Shown: positions 29,899-39,811 of the stretch, in pieces
Layout of the letters: each line of letters starts with the position of its first letter
How positions within the stretch are numbered: position 1 is the first letter of the stretch
Source: Burkholderiales bacterium
GTDB taxonomy: Bacteria > Pseudomonadota > Gammaproteobacteria > Burkholderiales > SG8-39
Direction: 5' to 3'
DNA length: 64,000 nt
Assembly (NCBI GenBank): GCA_046153355.1
Contig: JBJXEY010000163.1
Location: 6,402 to 70,401, forward strand
The notes under the pieces: generated by a model
What the model was told of the DNA's origin: nothing
Database searches by the model: none
The model's input: the letters and a program-made list of their open reading frames with translations, nothing else
Translations under genes and position numbers: made by a program

Positions 29899-30866
29899 TG
29901 CTCCAACCCCTTTACGAACAAATCTTCCGGCAGATTGCGTCCAATAAACACCATGACACTTTCACGTTTTTCTTTATCACCCCATGGCTTACCCATATCG
30001 CCCCCCATTAATTGGTGAACGCCTTGGAAAACCACGCGGTGCGCATTGTCCTTGAGATATAAGACACCTTTATAACGAAGCATATCCGGCCCGTACACCT
30101 GTGTCAGCCCCGACAAAAACTCCTCGAGTTTCACGCCATCAAATGGCCGGTCGGACCTGAACACGAAAGATCGCACATGTTCGGCATGCTCGTGGGCCGC
30201 ATCTTCCAGAAAATCCGGATCGATTTCCAATACCGCGTTTAGATTGAATCCGCGGATGTCGAGAATTTCACCTACTGGTGCGTTACCAAAATGCACTTTG
30301 CGAATCGGCGCGCGCGGATTAAGCTGTACCAGACGCTTGCGCAAGATCTCCTGCTCTGCATCGGTCACCAGATCGGTCTTACTCAACAAAATACGATCTG
30401 CAAAGCCAACCTGCTCCTGAGCCTCGTTGAAATCATCGAGTTGCTTATGCGCATGCTTGGCGTCAACCAGGGTCAACACGCTGTCCAGCAGATAATAATT
30501 TCCGATTGACTCATCGAGAAAAAAAGTCTGCGCCACCGGGCCAGGGTTGGCCATGCCAGTGGTCTCGATTACCACCCGATCAAATTTCAGTTTGCCCGAC
30601 TCGCGCCGTTCGCGAAGGTCGGAAAGTATGCGAATCAGGTCGCCACGCACGGTGCAGCAAATACAGCCGTTATTCATTTCGACAATTTGCTCTTCGCCGC
30701 TATCGAGCAAAATGTCGTTATCCACCCCTGCCTCGCCAAACTCGTTTTCGATCACCGCAATCTTGTGACCGTGGTTCTCTTTGAGTATGCGGTTAAGGAG
30801 CGTGGTTTTGCCGCTGCCCAGAAACCCGGTCAATATCGTGACTGGGACCATATTTTCCTGTTCCAT
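29877..30866 (-). CDS. COG0523/CobW-family GTPase (putative zinc metallochaperone)
   Basis: GFLGSGKTTLLN P-loop, GCICCTVRGD metal motif, His-rich HEHAEH linker, CobW C-terminal domain. Confidence 0.88.
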   Translation of the reverse strand: MEQENMVPVTILTGFLGSGKTTLLNRILKENHGHKIAVIENEFGEAGVDNDILLDSGEEQIVEMNNGCICCTVRGDLIRILSDLRERRESGKLKFDRVVIETTGMANPGPVAQTFFLDESIGNYYLLDSVLTLVDAKHAHKQLDDFNEAQEQVGFADRILLSKTDLVTDAEQEILRKRLVQLNPRAPIRKVHFGNAPVGEILDIRGFNLNAVLEIDPDFLEDAAHEHAEHVRSFVFRSDRPFDGVKLEEFLSGLTQVYGPDMLRYKGVLYLKDNAHRVVFQGVHQLMGGDMGKPWGDKEKRESVMVFIGRNLPEDLFVKGLEQCLETAQ

Positions 30867-31142
30867 CTTTATCTCCCCGGAACCCGCTGGTTCCGTTATT
30901 TCATTCCGTATGCTTGCCTAAATGGCCAATCAGAATAAATAAAGGCTCGCCTTCGCGAGGGGCGACAGTGTAATCATCCACAAGCCGCGTTGCAAACAAC
31001 AAGTTTTGCGCCCATGTCGCCATGAGGGATTTGCAGAAATACCCATGCAAACAATATGTTGTAACGCAACGAGGGGTCAGGTCAGCAGTTGGACCCTGGA
31101 CTTGGCGACGCTACTAATGCACCCGATGCCTCGCAAACAAGG

Positions 31143-32462
31143 TTAATTCTCGCGCCGCAGGAGCAAGCCTTTCAGATATTCACCCTCGGGGAACTCCAGC
31201 AAACTCGGGTGATCGGCAGCCGCATGAAACCAATCGAGGATAGAAGCCGATACCCCGGTGTCAGCGGCGGCACCGGCAACAATCTTGCGAAACAAATCTT
31301 CGCCTACACCACTGGAACAGGAAAAGGTCGCCAATAAGCCACCAGCACGCAGCAAACGCAGCGCGCCCATATTGATATCTTTGTAACCGCGCGCTGCGGC
31401 CTCCGCGTGTTTGGAAGTCGGCGCGAATTTCGGCGGATCAAGCACGATTAAATCGAATTGCCGACCGCGGTCGCGAAGTTCGCGCAGGGCGTGAAACACA
31501 TCGGCTTGCCGCCATTCGAGGCGGGAGTCGTCCATGCCGTTTAACGCGGCATTTTCCCGTGCGAGGTCCAGGGCGGATTCGGAACTGTCGATAGACAACA
31601 CACTTTTCGCGCCGCCGGCAACGCACGCCAGTGTGAATCCCCCGGTGTAACAAAAGCAATTCAATACCTCGCGCCCTTTTGCATGCCCGCGTACCTTGGC
31701 GCGGTTATCGCGTTGATCGAGGTAAAACCCGGTCTTCTGACCGCCCACCACATCCACGAGGTAACGAAGCTCTGCTTCGCGAATTTCCAGTTGGCCATGT
31801 GGCGGCTCACCGAGCAACACGCCGCTGCGTTCGGCCAAACCTTCCAAAGCGCGGCTGTCGGCATCGGAGCGCTCGAAAATAGACTTGCATTGGGTTGCTT
31901 CGCCCAGTGTGTCGACGATTAAATCGCGACGCCTATCGGCGCCGGCGCTACCCAGTTGAAGCACCAAGGTATCGGCGTAACGATCAACAATCACGCCCGG
32001 CAAACCATCGGATTCCGCATGCACCAGGCGCAGCGAGTTGCCATGATCGCCTGAGCTCATTGGCGTTCGTCGCTCGAGCGACGCGAGCAGACGCGAGCGA
32101 AACCAGGTGTCATCGGGAAATTCAGCTTCGACAAAACTCCATACCCTGGCGCGAATCTGCGAATCCGGGTTGTAAGCGGCCCAGGCACGAAAGCGATTCT
32201 CCGCGTCGCAAACCATCAAGGTTTCGCCGGACTGAACCTCGCCTTCAACCGCCTCCACCGCGCCGGAAAACACCCAGGGATGGCGCCGTTCCAGCGAATG
32301 TTCGCGGCCAGGTTTCAAAATCAGACGCGGCATCGCGCCGCTTACGCCTGCCACTAGGCGAATACTCTGTGGCTTGGTGGGCCGATGCTCGCTTCGGTTA
32401 CCTGGTCGAAATGGATTGCCGCGCCCACCCGTAGAACGCTTATCGCGGCGCGGGAAACTCAT
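31143..32462 (-). CDS. rlmI: 23S rRNA (cytosine1962-C5)-methyltransferase RlmI-like
   Basis: PUA-like N-domain (HPWVFSGAV), SAM motifs VLNCFCYTGGF and LIVLDPPKF. Start chosen at ATG 32462 (ATGA overlap with chrA stop), giving a basic ~43-aa N-terminal extension; Met at 32333 is the alternative. Confidence 0.8.
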   Translation of the reverse strand: MSFPRRDKRSTGGRGNPFRPGNRSEHRPTKPQSIRLVAGVSGAMPRLILKPGREHSLERRHPWVFSGAVEAVEGEVQSGETLMVCDAENRFRAWAAYNPDSQIRARVWSFVEAEFPDDTWFRSRLLASLERRTPMSSGDHGNSLRLVHAESDGLPGVIVDRYADTLVLQLGSAGADRRRDLIVDTLGEATQCKSIFERSDADSRALEGLAERSGVLLGEPPHGQLEIREAELRYLVDVVGGQKTGFYLDQRDNRAKVRGHAKGREVLNCFCYTGGFTLACVAGGAKSVLSIDSSESALDLARENAALNGMDDSRLEWRQADVFHALRELRDRGRQFDLIVLDPPKFAPTSKHAEAAARGYKDINMGALRLLRAGGLLATFSCSSGVGEDLFRKIVAGAAADTGVSASILDWFHAAADHPSLLEFPEGEYLKGLLLRREN

Positions 32463-32986
32463 ATCCAACCCGCCAAACCAGCCGTCGCGCCAATGCCGAT
32501 AAACCAAATAGGATGCATTTTAGTGAATAGTATGGCGGCCGCCGTGATGCCGATGAATACAAACGCCGCAACGCTACTGCCCGCACCAAGGGTGACCAGA
32601 TAACCGCTGGCAAGCGTCAAGCCAACGGCAATCGGCGCCAATGCAGCCGTCAGCGCTTTATTCCACCTTCTGTTGCGATGTCGTTCCCAAAAGCGCATTA
32701 GCGAAAAAACAAATAACGAAGAGGGCGCGCACATACCGACGAACGCCGCCAATGCTCCCGGAAATTCGGCGATTTTCCAGCCGATCAGACTCACCAACAG
32801 CATGTTCGGGCCGGGCGCGGCTTGCGCCAGACCAACCATCTCGGAGAATTGCGCATTGCTCGCCCAGCCATGACTCTCAACAATGCGTCGATGCAGATCC
32901 GGTACCACACTGGTCGCGCCGCCCACGGCGAACAAAGACATCTGCGCCAATTCCCAAGCAAGTAACAACGCCAGTTCCCAGTTCAT
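32459..32986 (-). CDS. chrA: Chromate transporter, C-terminal-half type (split ChrA)
   Basis: CHR-family motifs (FAVGGATSVVP, GLAQAAPGPN). ATG 32986 overlaps the stop of the upstream half (ATGA). Confidence 0.8.
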   Translation of the reverse strand: MNWELALLLAWELAQMSLFAVGGATSVVPDLHRRIVESHGWASNAQFSEMVGLAQAAPGPNMLLVSLIGWKIAEFPGALAAFVGMCAPSSLFVFSLMRFWERHRNRRWNKALTAALAPIAVGLTLASGYLVTLGAGSSVAAFVFIGITAAAILFTKMHPIWFIGIGATAGLAGWI

Positions 32987-33549
32987 GCGGTGCGCCGCCA
33001 GCAATACCACCAACTCAGCGGCGCGAGTACCAGCAAAATCATTGCCAGCGGCCACTTTATGATGGCGCTCAGTATGAAAGCCGCGACGGCAAACAGGGCT
33101 AAGGGCGAGCGTAATCGCGGGCTGATGGCAAATTTCAATCCGGTGCCGACCACCAATCCCGCCCCGGCTGCCGCCACGCCGCGCAATAGGCCATCCACAC
33201 CTTCTATCTGGCCGTAACGCGTGTAGAGAATGCCCAACATCACCATCACCGCGAAAGGCGCCAGGGTTAAGCCGGCAAAAGCGGCAAGTGAGCCCAAAGC
33301 CCCGGCGCAACGCTGCCCATAGCTAATCGACAGATTAATGATGTTGCCGCCGGGCAAGGCCTGCGCCAGCCCCCAAGCATCGAGAAACTCTTCTTCGGTG
33401 AACCAGCGTTTTTCTTCCACCAGCACACGGCGCGCCCAGGGCAACACACCGCCAAAGCCTTGTATGCCGATTCTGAAAAAGGCGAGAAACAGATCCTTGG
33501 GGCCAATCGCGTTCATCTTCCCGACGTCATTGGGTTCTACGGCAATCAT
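32983..33549 (-). CDS. chrA: Chromate transporter, N-terminal-half type (split ChrA)
   Basis: FFRIGIQGFGG, GLAQALPGGNIIN motifs; ATGA overlap with the xerC stop. Confidence 0.8.
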   Translation of the reverse strand: MIAVEPNDVGKMNAIGPKDLFLAFFRIGIQGFGGVLPWARRVLVEEKRWFTEEEFLDAWGLAQALPGGNIINLSISYGQRCAGALGSLAAFAGLTLAPFAVMVMLGILYTRYGQIEGVDGLLRGVAAAGAGLVVGTGLKFAISPRLRSPLALFAVAAFILSAIIKWPLAMILLVLAPLSWWYCWRRTA

Positions 33550-34463
33550 TTCTTTCTCGCCCTGGGATGCGCCGCGTCGTACACCTTGGCCAGGTGCTGA
33601 AAATCCAGGCTGGTATACACCTGCGTGGTCGAGATACTGGCGTGACCCAGCATCTCCTGCACCGCACGCAGGTCTTGGCTTGACTGCAACACGTGCGAAG
33701 CAAACGAATGACGCAATACATGGGGATGAACCCGAACCGTCACGCCATGTTGCTTGGCCCAGCGATCCAACCGTTGCTGCACCACGCGTGGGGCGATGCG
33801 CGCGCCGCGCGCGCCAACGAACAGCGCGCGTTCATCAGCACGGGCCAATAAAGCGCGTGCCTGTTGCCATTCAAAAATGGCCGCGCGCGCCTGCCTTCCC
33901 ACCGGAACGGTGCGCGTTTTCGCCCCTTTGCCGGTTACCGTGACTTCAGCTTGCGCCGTCATTTGTGACGCATCGGCCACATCCAGGCTCACCAATTCCG
34001 CCAGGCGAAGTCCCGATGAATATAACAATTCAAACATTGCCTTATCGCGTATATCGCTCGTTTCAAGCGCTTTTACATCCAATAATTGGGCTGCCATATC
34101 GGGTGACAAGGCTTTCGGCAGGTGCTTGGGCGACTTGGGTGCGCGGATGCCGGCGCAAGGGTTCGCACCTTGCCCGTGGTACTTCACCAGCCAGTCGTAC
34201 AAGCCACGCCACGCCGACAACATTTGCGCAAGTGACCTGCCCGACAAGCCCTGCGAATGCGACTGCGCCACCGAGCGACGCAATGCCATATTGGAAATAT
34301 TCTCCAAAGGTACTCCGGGGTTCAATCGCAATAAGGATTCGATGGCATGCCGATAGTTACGCAACGTATGCGCGGCGAGCCGGCGTTCGTTGGCAAGGTG
34401 ATCGAGGTACTTCTCGATCGACTCGCGCCGCGGATCGTCGTCGGGTGCCGGCGCGTTCGCCAT
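33546..34463 (-). CDS. xerC: Tyrosine recombinase XerC
   Basis: R...HxxR...Y catalytic signature (LRHSFASHVL, GHASISTTQVYT); dapF-DUF484-xerC synteny. Confidence 0.9.
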   Translation of the reverse strand: MANAPAPDDDPRRESIEKYLDHLANERRLAAHTLRNYRHAIESLLRLNPGVPLENISNMALRRSVAQSHSQGLSGRSLAQMLSAWRGLYDWLVKYHGQGANPCAGIRAPKSPKHLPKALSPDMAAQLLDVKALETSDIRDKAMFELLYSSGLRLAELVSLDVADASQMTAQAEVTVTGKGAKTRTVPVGRQARAAIFEWQQARALLARADERALFVGARGARIAPRVVQQRLDRWAKQHGVTVRVHPHVLRHSFASHVLQSSQDLRAVQEMLGHASISTTQVYTSLDFQHLAKVYDAAHPRARKK

Positions 34464-34477
34464 GGGGTTTGTTGGTC

Positions 34478-35152
34478 TTACGCGAAACGCGATAACCCGG
34501 CGCCAATCAGATCGCCGAGACGCTTTAAATACAACGTGCCCATTTCCGCGTAGAAACGGCTGGCATCCTCACTCCCCAATACCAAGAGTCCTATGCAGGC
34601 GCCCGGTTCCACGCTCATCGCCAATTCGCGCAATGGAATGTGCGCCACCGAATTGATCTTGCCGGCCGACCCGATTAACCAGGCCGCCGCTTCGGCATTG
34701 GTGTTGATGCCGCAATAAGGATCGATGAGCGAGGCCGCATAGGATTTAGTCTCACCACTGACTTCGCCATACTCGTCGCCGCCGGCCTCCAACTCGCGCA
34801 GGGTATGGCCCCATAGGCGTAGCGCAACCTGTGGAATGGAGAATTCCTCTCTTAGGCCGGCATGCACCGCGGAGAAAAACGCGTCACGCGTAGGCGCCGC
34901 CAATAACGCCACCGAGAAACGATGCATTTTTTCGCTAGTGGCGTCATTTTCTTCGCCAAACTGCAGTAGCTCCGCGAGTTTTGCTTCCAACGCGCGATAC
35001 TTTTCGCGCAGGCCCAACATTTGACGATCCACCAGCGCAATTGCCTGGCCGCCATGCGGATGCGGCACTTGAATCTTGGCCAACACCTCGGCGTAGTCTT
35101 CGAAAAACGCGGGGTTGTCCTGCAAATATTGGGCGATGTCTTCGGGATTCAT
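34478..35152 (-). CDS. DUF484 (YigA-like) protein
   Basis: Start MNPEDIAQYLQDNPAFFEDY typical of YigA; located between dapF and xerC as in E. coli. Confidence 0.75.
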   Translation of the reverse strand: MNPEDIAQYLQDNPAFFEDYAEVLAKIQVPHPHGGQAIALVDRQMLGLREKYRALEAKLAELLQFGEENDATSEKMHRFSVALLAAPTRDAFFSAVHAGLREEFSIPQVALRLWGHTLRELEAGGDEYGEVSGETKSYAASLIDPYCGINTNAEAAAWLIGSAGKINSVAHIPLRELAMSVEPGACIGLLVLGSEDASRFYAEMGTLYLKRLGDLIGAGLSRFA

Positions 35153-35219
35153 GGTTTTGTCCTCATGTATTTTTGTTTTCGCAATGCGTCGGCCAGGCAA
35201 TTACCAAGGCGATTACTCG

Positions 35220-36080
35220 TTACAACATCTCAATTCGATCAAGGTCCAATTCCGCCTCAAACACCGTCACCGCCGGACCGCTCATCCACACCGGCGAGTT
35301 TAGATCATTCGCGCTGCCCGCCCAGCGAATAGTCAACTCGCCGCCGCGTGCCCTCACACGCACCGGCGAATCAAGCAACCCGCGCCGGATGCCCGCCACC
35401 ACCGCCGCGCAAGCGCCGGTGCCACAGGCCAGCGTCTCACCCGCGCCACGCTCCCACACGCGCAATTTGATATGTTGCCGATCAAGGATTTGCATATACC
35501 CCGCGTTCACGCGTCGCGGAAATTGCTCGTGAGCCTCAATTAAGGGACCTTGCGTAGTCACGGGCGCAGCCTCGACATCAGCCACCACCTGAACCGCATG
35601 TGGATTGCCCATCGACAAGGCGGTGATCGGCAGCTTAATTCCCGCGACCTCGATCTCCTCGATCAAACTTCCCGTGCATGCAAGAAACGGTATTTTCGCC
35701 GCTTCGAAAATTGGCGAACCCATGTTCACGGTGACCTCGCCACTGGCCTCAAGCTTGAGATCAATCTCGCCTGACAAAGTCTCGACGCGAATCTCGTTTT
35801 TTTCAGTCAGCGCTTGTTCGCGCACAAATCGCACAAAGCAACGCGCGCCATTGCCACATTGCTCCACCTCACCACCATCGGCATTAAAAATACGATAACG
35901 AAAATCCGCGCCCGGGCTACGTGCCGCCTCGACCAACAGCAGTTGATCGCAACCCACGCCCATTTGCCGATTGGCGATGCGACGAATCTGCTCGACATTT
36001 AGTTCGATGCGCTGACGAATGCCATCGAGCACCACGAAATCGTTGCCCGCGCCATGCATTTTGGAAAATTTAAGTTTCAT
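35220..36080 (-). CDS. dapF: Diaminopimelate epimerase
   Basis: [17 protein letters not shown], catalytic Cys motifs (GNGARC, CGTGACA); internal ATG 36080 chosen. Confidence 0.95.
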   Translation of the reverse strand: MKLKFSKMHGAGNDFVVLDGIRQRIELNVEQIRRIANRQMGVGCDQLLLVEAARSPGADFRYRIFNADGGEVEQCGNGARCFVRFVREQALTEKNEIRVETLSGEIDLKLEASGEVTVNMGSPIFEAAKIPFLACTGSLIEEIEVAGIKLPITALSMGNPHAVQVVADVEAAPVTTQGPLIEAHEQFPRRVNAGYMQILDRQHIKLRVWERGAGETLACGTGACAAVVAGIRRGLLDSPVRVRARGGELTIRWAGSANDLNSPVWMSGPAVTVFEAELDLDRIEML

Positions 36081-36144
36081 GCGCCACGCCCCAAAACACC
36101 GGCGTGACGACGCCCGCGAGGCATTGCGCTTCCGGCCCTTCGCA

Positions 36145-36561
36145 TCAAACACACAGCCGGGTGTAATCGCGCAGCACACAACGATTCATGATCACCGTCA
36201 TGCCGGCTGCGCGGGCGCGCGCCGCAGCCTCCTCGTTGACCACGCCATCTTGCAGCCAAATGGTTTTTAGCCCCAAACGCAAACACTCTTCGAACACCGG
36301 CGTGGTGTTCTCGCTAGCGCGAAATACATCGACGATATCGATGCCATCGGGCACCGAGGCGAGATCCGGATAAGCGGCTACGCCCAAGCCATCGCTAATG
36401 CCTGGGCGAACCGGAATGATGCGGTACCCCATGCGCTGCATTTGGCGCGCGACGTTATGACTGGCGCGATGTGGCTTGGGCGAAAAGCCCACCACGGCAA
36501 TGGTTTTCGCCCGTTTGAGCAGGTCGCGTATTTCTTCTTCGCTGGGATTGCCGTGTTCCAT
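36145..36561 (-). CDS. CoA-binding domain protein (YccU-like)
   Basis: [17 protein letters not shown]..., IDIVDVFR Rossmann-like CoA-binding pattern. Confidence 0.8.
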   Translation of the reverse strand: MEHGNPSEEEIRDLLKRAKTIAVVGFSPKPHRASHNVARQMQRMGYRIIPVRPGISDGLGVAAYPDLASVPDGIDIVDVFRASENTTPVFEECLRLGLKTIWLQDGVVNEEAAARARAAGMTVIMNRCVLRDYTRLCV

Positions 36562-36622
36562 AGGGTCATCACATTTTGTTATCTAGTTGGCCGCAAGCGG
36601 CACCTGGCGATTTTAGGAGGTT

Positions 36623-37510
36623 TCAGCGCCTGATTTTCTCGTCATAGAAAGGCGGTTCGCCCGGCGGGCGTGTCTTGAAGCGTTTATGCGCCCAGTTGTA
36701 CTGCTCGGGGGATTCCAGAACGCGCGCTTCAATGAAGGCGTTCATGCGGCGCGCATCCGCCGCAAGATCATCGCTGGGAAAATCTTGCCACGGTGGATAA
36801 CATCGAACGCGATAACCGCCGCCCCCTGGCAACATGGTGGTCACGCACGGCACCACGCTAGCCCCACTCAACTTGGCCAACCGAGACAAACCCGTAATAG
36901 TCGCCGCCAATATGCCAAAAAACGGCGTGAAGATGGCGTCGCGTGCGCCGTAATCCTGATCTGGCAAATAATAAAGCGGCACACCTTCGCGCAACGCCGC
37001 CACGGCGGCACGCACGCCTTGTTGCCGAGAGAACATGCGCTGATGACGAAAACGCGTACGGCCGCGCAGCAGCATGGCGTTCATCGGCGCGCTTTTCTGA
37101 TTGGCGTAAATCGCCGCCATATCAACTTCGCAGGAAAGACGCGTGTAACCGGCATCTAACGCGAGAAAATGCGGTGCGAATAGGATGACGGGCTCACCCT
37201 GCAACGCTTGCAGATGCTCGATGCCTTCGATTTGAATGGTGTTCTGGATTCGTTGTCGCGATCCCCACCACAACAAGCCGCGCTCGAGCACCGCGCGTCC
37301 GATCATCTGAAAGTGTTTTCTTGCCAGGCGCTTGCGCTCGGGTAGGGGGAGCGAAGGCAAACAGCGCGCCAGATTGGCCTCGCACACCGCGCGACGCTCG
37401 CGCCCGAAGCAATGTAGCAACGAACCCAATGCCGAACCGAGGTATTGCAATACGCCAAGCGGCAGGAAATGCAATAGCCACATAAGCGCGAGAAAAAAAC
37501 GCGCAATCAC
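36623..37510 (-). CDS. Lipid A biosynthesis (Kdo2-lipid IVA) acyltransferase, LpxL/HtrB family
   Basis: HFLxxD-type HX4D motif (APHFLALD), YLPDQD motif; GTGA overlap with the upstream paralogue. Confidence 0.8.
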   Translation of the reverse strand: MIARFFLALMWLLHFLPLGVLQYLGSALGSLLHCFGRERRAVCEANLARCLPSLPLPERKRLARKHFQMIGRAVLERGLLWWGSRQRIQNTIQIEGIEHLQALQGEPVILFAPHFLALDAGYTRLSCEVDMAAIYANQKSAPMNAMLLRGRTRFRHQRMFSRQQGVRAAVAALREGVPLYYLPDQDYGARDAIFTPFFGILAATITGLSRLAKLSGASVVPCVTTMLPGGGGYRVRCYPPWQDFPSDDLAADARRMNAFIEARVLESPEQYNWAHKRFKTRPPGEPPFYDEKIRR

Positions 37511-38364
37511 AACGCGACCGGCGGCGTCACCCCGGCTGGGGTTTTATAACGGTTATAGGCCCATAGATACTGCGTCGGACATTCGCGTATCAGATTCTCG
37601 ATGGCGCGATTCATACAGCGCGCGGGAGATTCCCCCGGCATTTCATCCGGCATGGCTTCAACTTTGATTTCATAGCCTCGTCCGTGAGGCAAGCGGCGCG
37701 CGAAGGCAATCAACACCGGCGTGTGCCTGGCGTGCGCCATACGCATCGCCAAGGTCATGGTGTAGGCTGGGTGGCCGAAGAAATCCACCCACTCGCCTTC
37801 GCCGCCGCCGGGTACTTGATCGGGAAGAATGCCGATGGCCTCGCCGCGTTGCAAGGCGCGGTACAAGGCGCGCACCCCCGACATGTCGGCCGGCACGCTT
37901 TTCATATTGGCCCGATCACGGCCCGCGCGCATCAGGGCTTCGAGCGATTTCACCTTTGGCGCGCTATACAAAACCGTCAATGGATAGCGCCGGCTGAAAT
38001 ACTGCGCCGAGACTTCCCAACAGCCCAGATGCGGGGTGAGAAGAATCAGACCACGCTTGTCCTGCATCGCTTTTTCGATCAGTTCCCAGCCGACGATGTC
38101 GCGCACCAGGGCAGCGGATTTTTCGTGCGCTAACAACCAGATAGCCGGCAGTTCCAGCACCGCTTTGCCAGTCTCGCCGACTGCCGCGCGGCGCAATGAC
38201 GAAATGTTCAACTTCGCCTTGGCAAGATTGCCGCGGTGATAACGGCGAAAGCGCGGCGATAGCGCATAAAAAAGCCATCCCATGGCAATCCCAAACGCAT
38301 GCAACAGCGGCAATGGAATACGCGCAACCAGCCGCAACAATCCCATCATTTCATTGGGAGGCAA
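37507..38364 (-). CDS. Lipid A biosynthesis acyltransferase, LpxL/HtrB family (second paralogue)
   Basis: TPHLGCWE (HX4E/D), ILPDQV motifs. Confidence 0.8.
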   Translation of the reverse strand: MPPNEMMGLLRLVARIPLPLLHAFGIAMGWLFYALSPRFRRYHRGNLAKAKLNISSLRRAAVGETGKAVLELPAIWLLAHEKSAALVRDIVGWELIEKAMQDKRGLILLTPHLGCWEVSAQYFSRRYPLTVLYSAPKVKSLEALMRAGRDRANMKSVPADMSGVRALYRALQRGEAIGILPDQVPGGGEGEWVDFFGHPAYTMTLAMRMAHARHTPVLIAFARRLPHGRGYEIKVEAMPDEMPGESPARCMNRAIENLIRECPTQYLWAYNRYKTPAGVTPPVAL

Positions 38365-38414
38365 GTGGGTTGGGTGGATCTGGGTGCCATGCTAGAATTC
38401 GCGCCCTTTTCAAG

Positions 38415-38448
38415 GGTATCTTGTTCGGTATCTTGTTGGTATTGATAC
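38415..38448. repeat. Tandem ggtatcttgtt repeats in the lpxL/metK divergent region
   Basis: ggtatcttgtt at 38415-38425 and 38427-38437, then the degenerate copy ggtattgatac. Confidence 0.75.
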
Positions 38449-38520
38449 TGTCTTGATTGCTTCTACTGTCGCTAAACAAACTCGTTCGACTTACCACTAT
38501 TTTTGCCGGGAAAACAGACC

Positions 38521-39693
38521 ATGAGCAGCTTTCAATTTACTTCCGAATCGGTTTCCGAAGGGCATCCAGACAAGGTTGCCGACCAGATTTCGGACGCAGT
38601 ACTTGACGCAATTTTAGCCCAGGACCCCCGCTCCCGCGTCGCCGCGGAAACGCTGGTTAAAGATAATTTAGTGGTGTTGGCGGGTGAAATCACCACCGGC
38701 GCCAAGGTTGACTATGCGCAAACAGCGCGCAATACCATCAAGCGCATCGGCTATACCGATCCGGCCATTGGCTTTGATGCCGAGACCTGTACCGTGCTGA
38801 TTCAATACGGCCAACAATCGCAAAACATTGCCCAGGGCGTCAACGAAGGCCAGGGTCTGGATCTGGATCAAGGCGCCGGCGACCAAGGCCTGATGTTCGG
38901 CTACGCCTGCGACGAGACGCCGCAATACATGCCCCTGGCCATCCATCTTTCCCACCGCCTGGTCGAGCGCCAATCGGAGCTGCGCCGCGACGGTCGCCTG
39001 CCGTGGCTGCGCCCGGATGCCAAATCGCAAGTGACACTGCGCTACACCGACGGCAAGCCCGATGCCATCGAAACCGTGGTGCTCTCCACCCAACATCAGC
39101 CTGGCCTCACCCACAAGCAGATTGAAGAAGCCATCATCGAGCAGGTGATCAAGCCCGTGCTGCCGAAGAACCTGGTCAAAGGGCAGATCCAGTATCTGGT
39201 CAACCCCACCGGCAGTTTCGAAATCGGCGGCCCCAAGGGTGATTGCGGCTTGACCGGCCGCAAGATCATTGTCGACACCTACGGCGGTTCCGCACCGCAC
39301 GGTGGTGGCGCGTTCTCCGGCAAAGACCCCTCGAAGGTTGACCGCTCCGCCGCCTATGCCGCGCGCTACGTGGCGAAGAACGTGGTGGCCTCGGGTATCG
39401 CCACCAAGTGTCAGGTTCAGGTGTCCTACGCCATCGGCGTGGCCAAGCCCACCTCAGTGATGATCACTACCTTTGGCACCGGCAAGATTTCCGATGAGAA
39501 AATTTCGGAATTGGTGCAAAAGCATTTTGATCTGCGCCCGAAAGGCATCATCCAGATGCTGAATCTGCTACGCCCCATTTACGAAAAAACCGCCTCCTAC
39601 GGCCACTTTGGCCGCGACGAGCCGGAATTCACCTGGGAAAACACCGACAAAGCCGCCGCCCTGGCAGCTGACGCCGGTATCAAGAAGGCCTAG
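38521..39693 (+). CDS. metK: S-adenosylmethionine synthetase
   Basis: [28 protein letters not shown] motifs; ATG 38521. Confidence 0.97.
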   Translation: MSSFQFTSESVSEGHPDKVADQISDAVLDAILAQDPRSRVAAETLVKDNLVVLAGEITTGAKVDYAQTARNTIKRIGYTDPAIGFDAETCTVLIQYGQQSQNIAQGVNEGQGLDLDQGAGDQGLMFGYACDETPQYMPLAIHLSHRLVERQSELRRDGRLPWLRPDAKSQVTLRYTDGKPDAIETVVLSTQHQPGLTHKQIEEAIIEQVIKPVLPKNLVKGQIQYLVNPTGSFEIGGPKGDCGLTGRKIIVDTYGGSAPHGGGAFSGKDPSKVDRSAAYAARYVAKNVVASGIATKCQVQVSYAIGVAKPTSVMITTFGTGKISDEKISELVQKHFDLRPKGIIQMLNLLRPIYEKTASYGHFGRDEPEFTWENTDKAAALAADAGIKKA

Positions 39694-39721
39694 GCGACTG
39701 CTTAGGTCGTTTTGGAACAAT

Positions 39722-39750
39722 AAAAAAGCCGGCTTCGCGCCGGCTTTTTT
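39722..39750. terminator. Intrinsic terminator after metK (A/T-flanked, bidirectional shape)
   Basis: aaaaaa-gccggc-ttcgc-gccggc-tttttt. Confidence 0.8.
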
Positions 39751-39811
39751 ATTGGTTATGCTGGCGATCTCTGTCGCCCGGCACACAACGTTTTCTCTGT
39801 GAGGTAAATCC

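Noticed and set aside
31049-31065. Possible Zur box (aaacaatatgttgtaac) upstream of the COG0523 GTPase
   Set aside because: Only a 12-bp imperfect palindrome is present (5 of 6 pairs). The half-site order does not match the TGTTAT-N-ATAACA core I know, and it sits ~190 nt from the gene start. It is kept as a note under the DksA/COG0523 finding and not called as a feature.
33546-34463. Tyrosine recombinase as marker of an integrated mobile element
   Set aside because: The conserved dapF-DUF484(yigA)-xerC synteny identifies it as housekeeping XerC. No att-like repeats, tRNA or phage/ICE genes are nearby.
38365-38520. SAM riboswitch upstream of metK
   Set aside because: I could not identify SAM-I, SAM-II or SAM/SAH core elements or a convincing pseudoknot. 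Only tandem repeats are present.
38668-39300. 210-aa ORF antisense to metK
   Set aside because: It lies wholly inside a very well supported metK frame. The composition (Ala/Gly/Arg/Leu-rich, no motifs) is typical of antisense open frames in GC-rich DNA.
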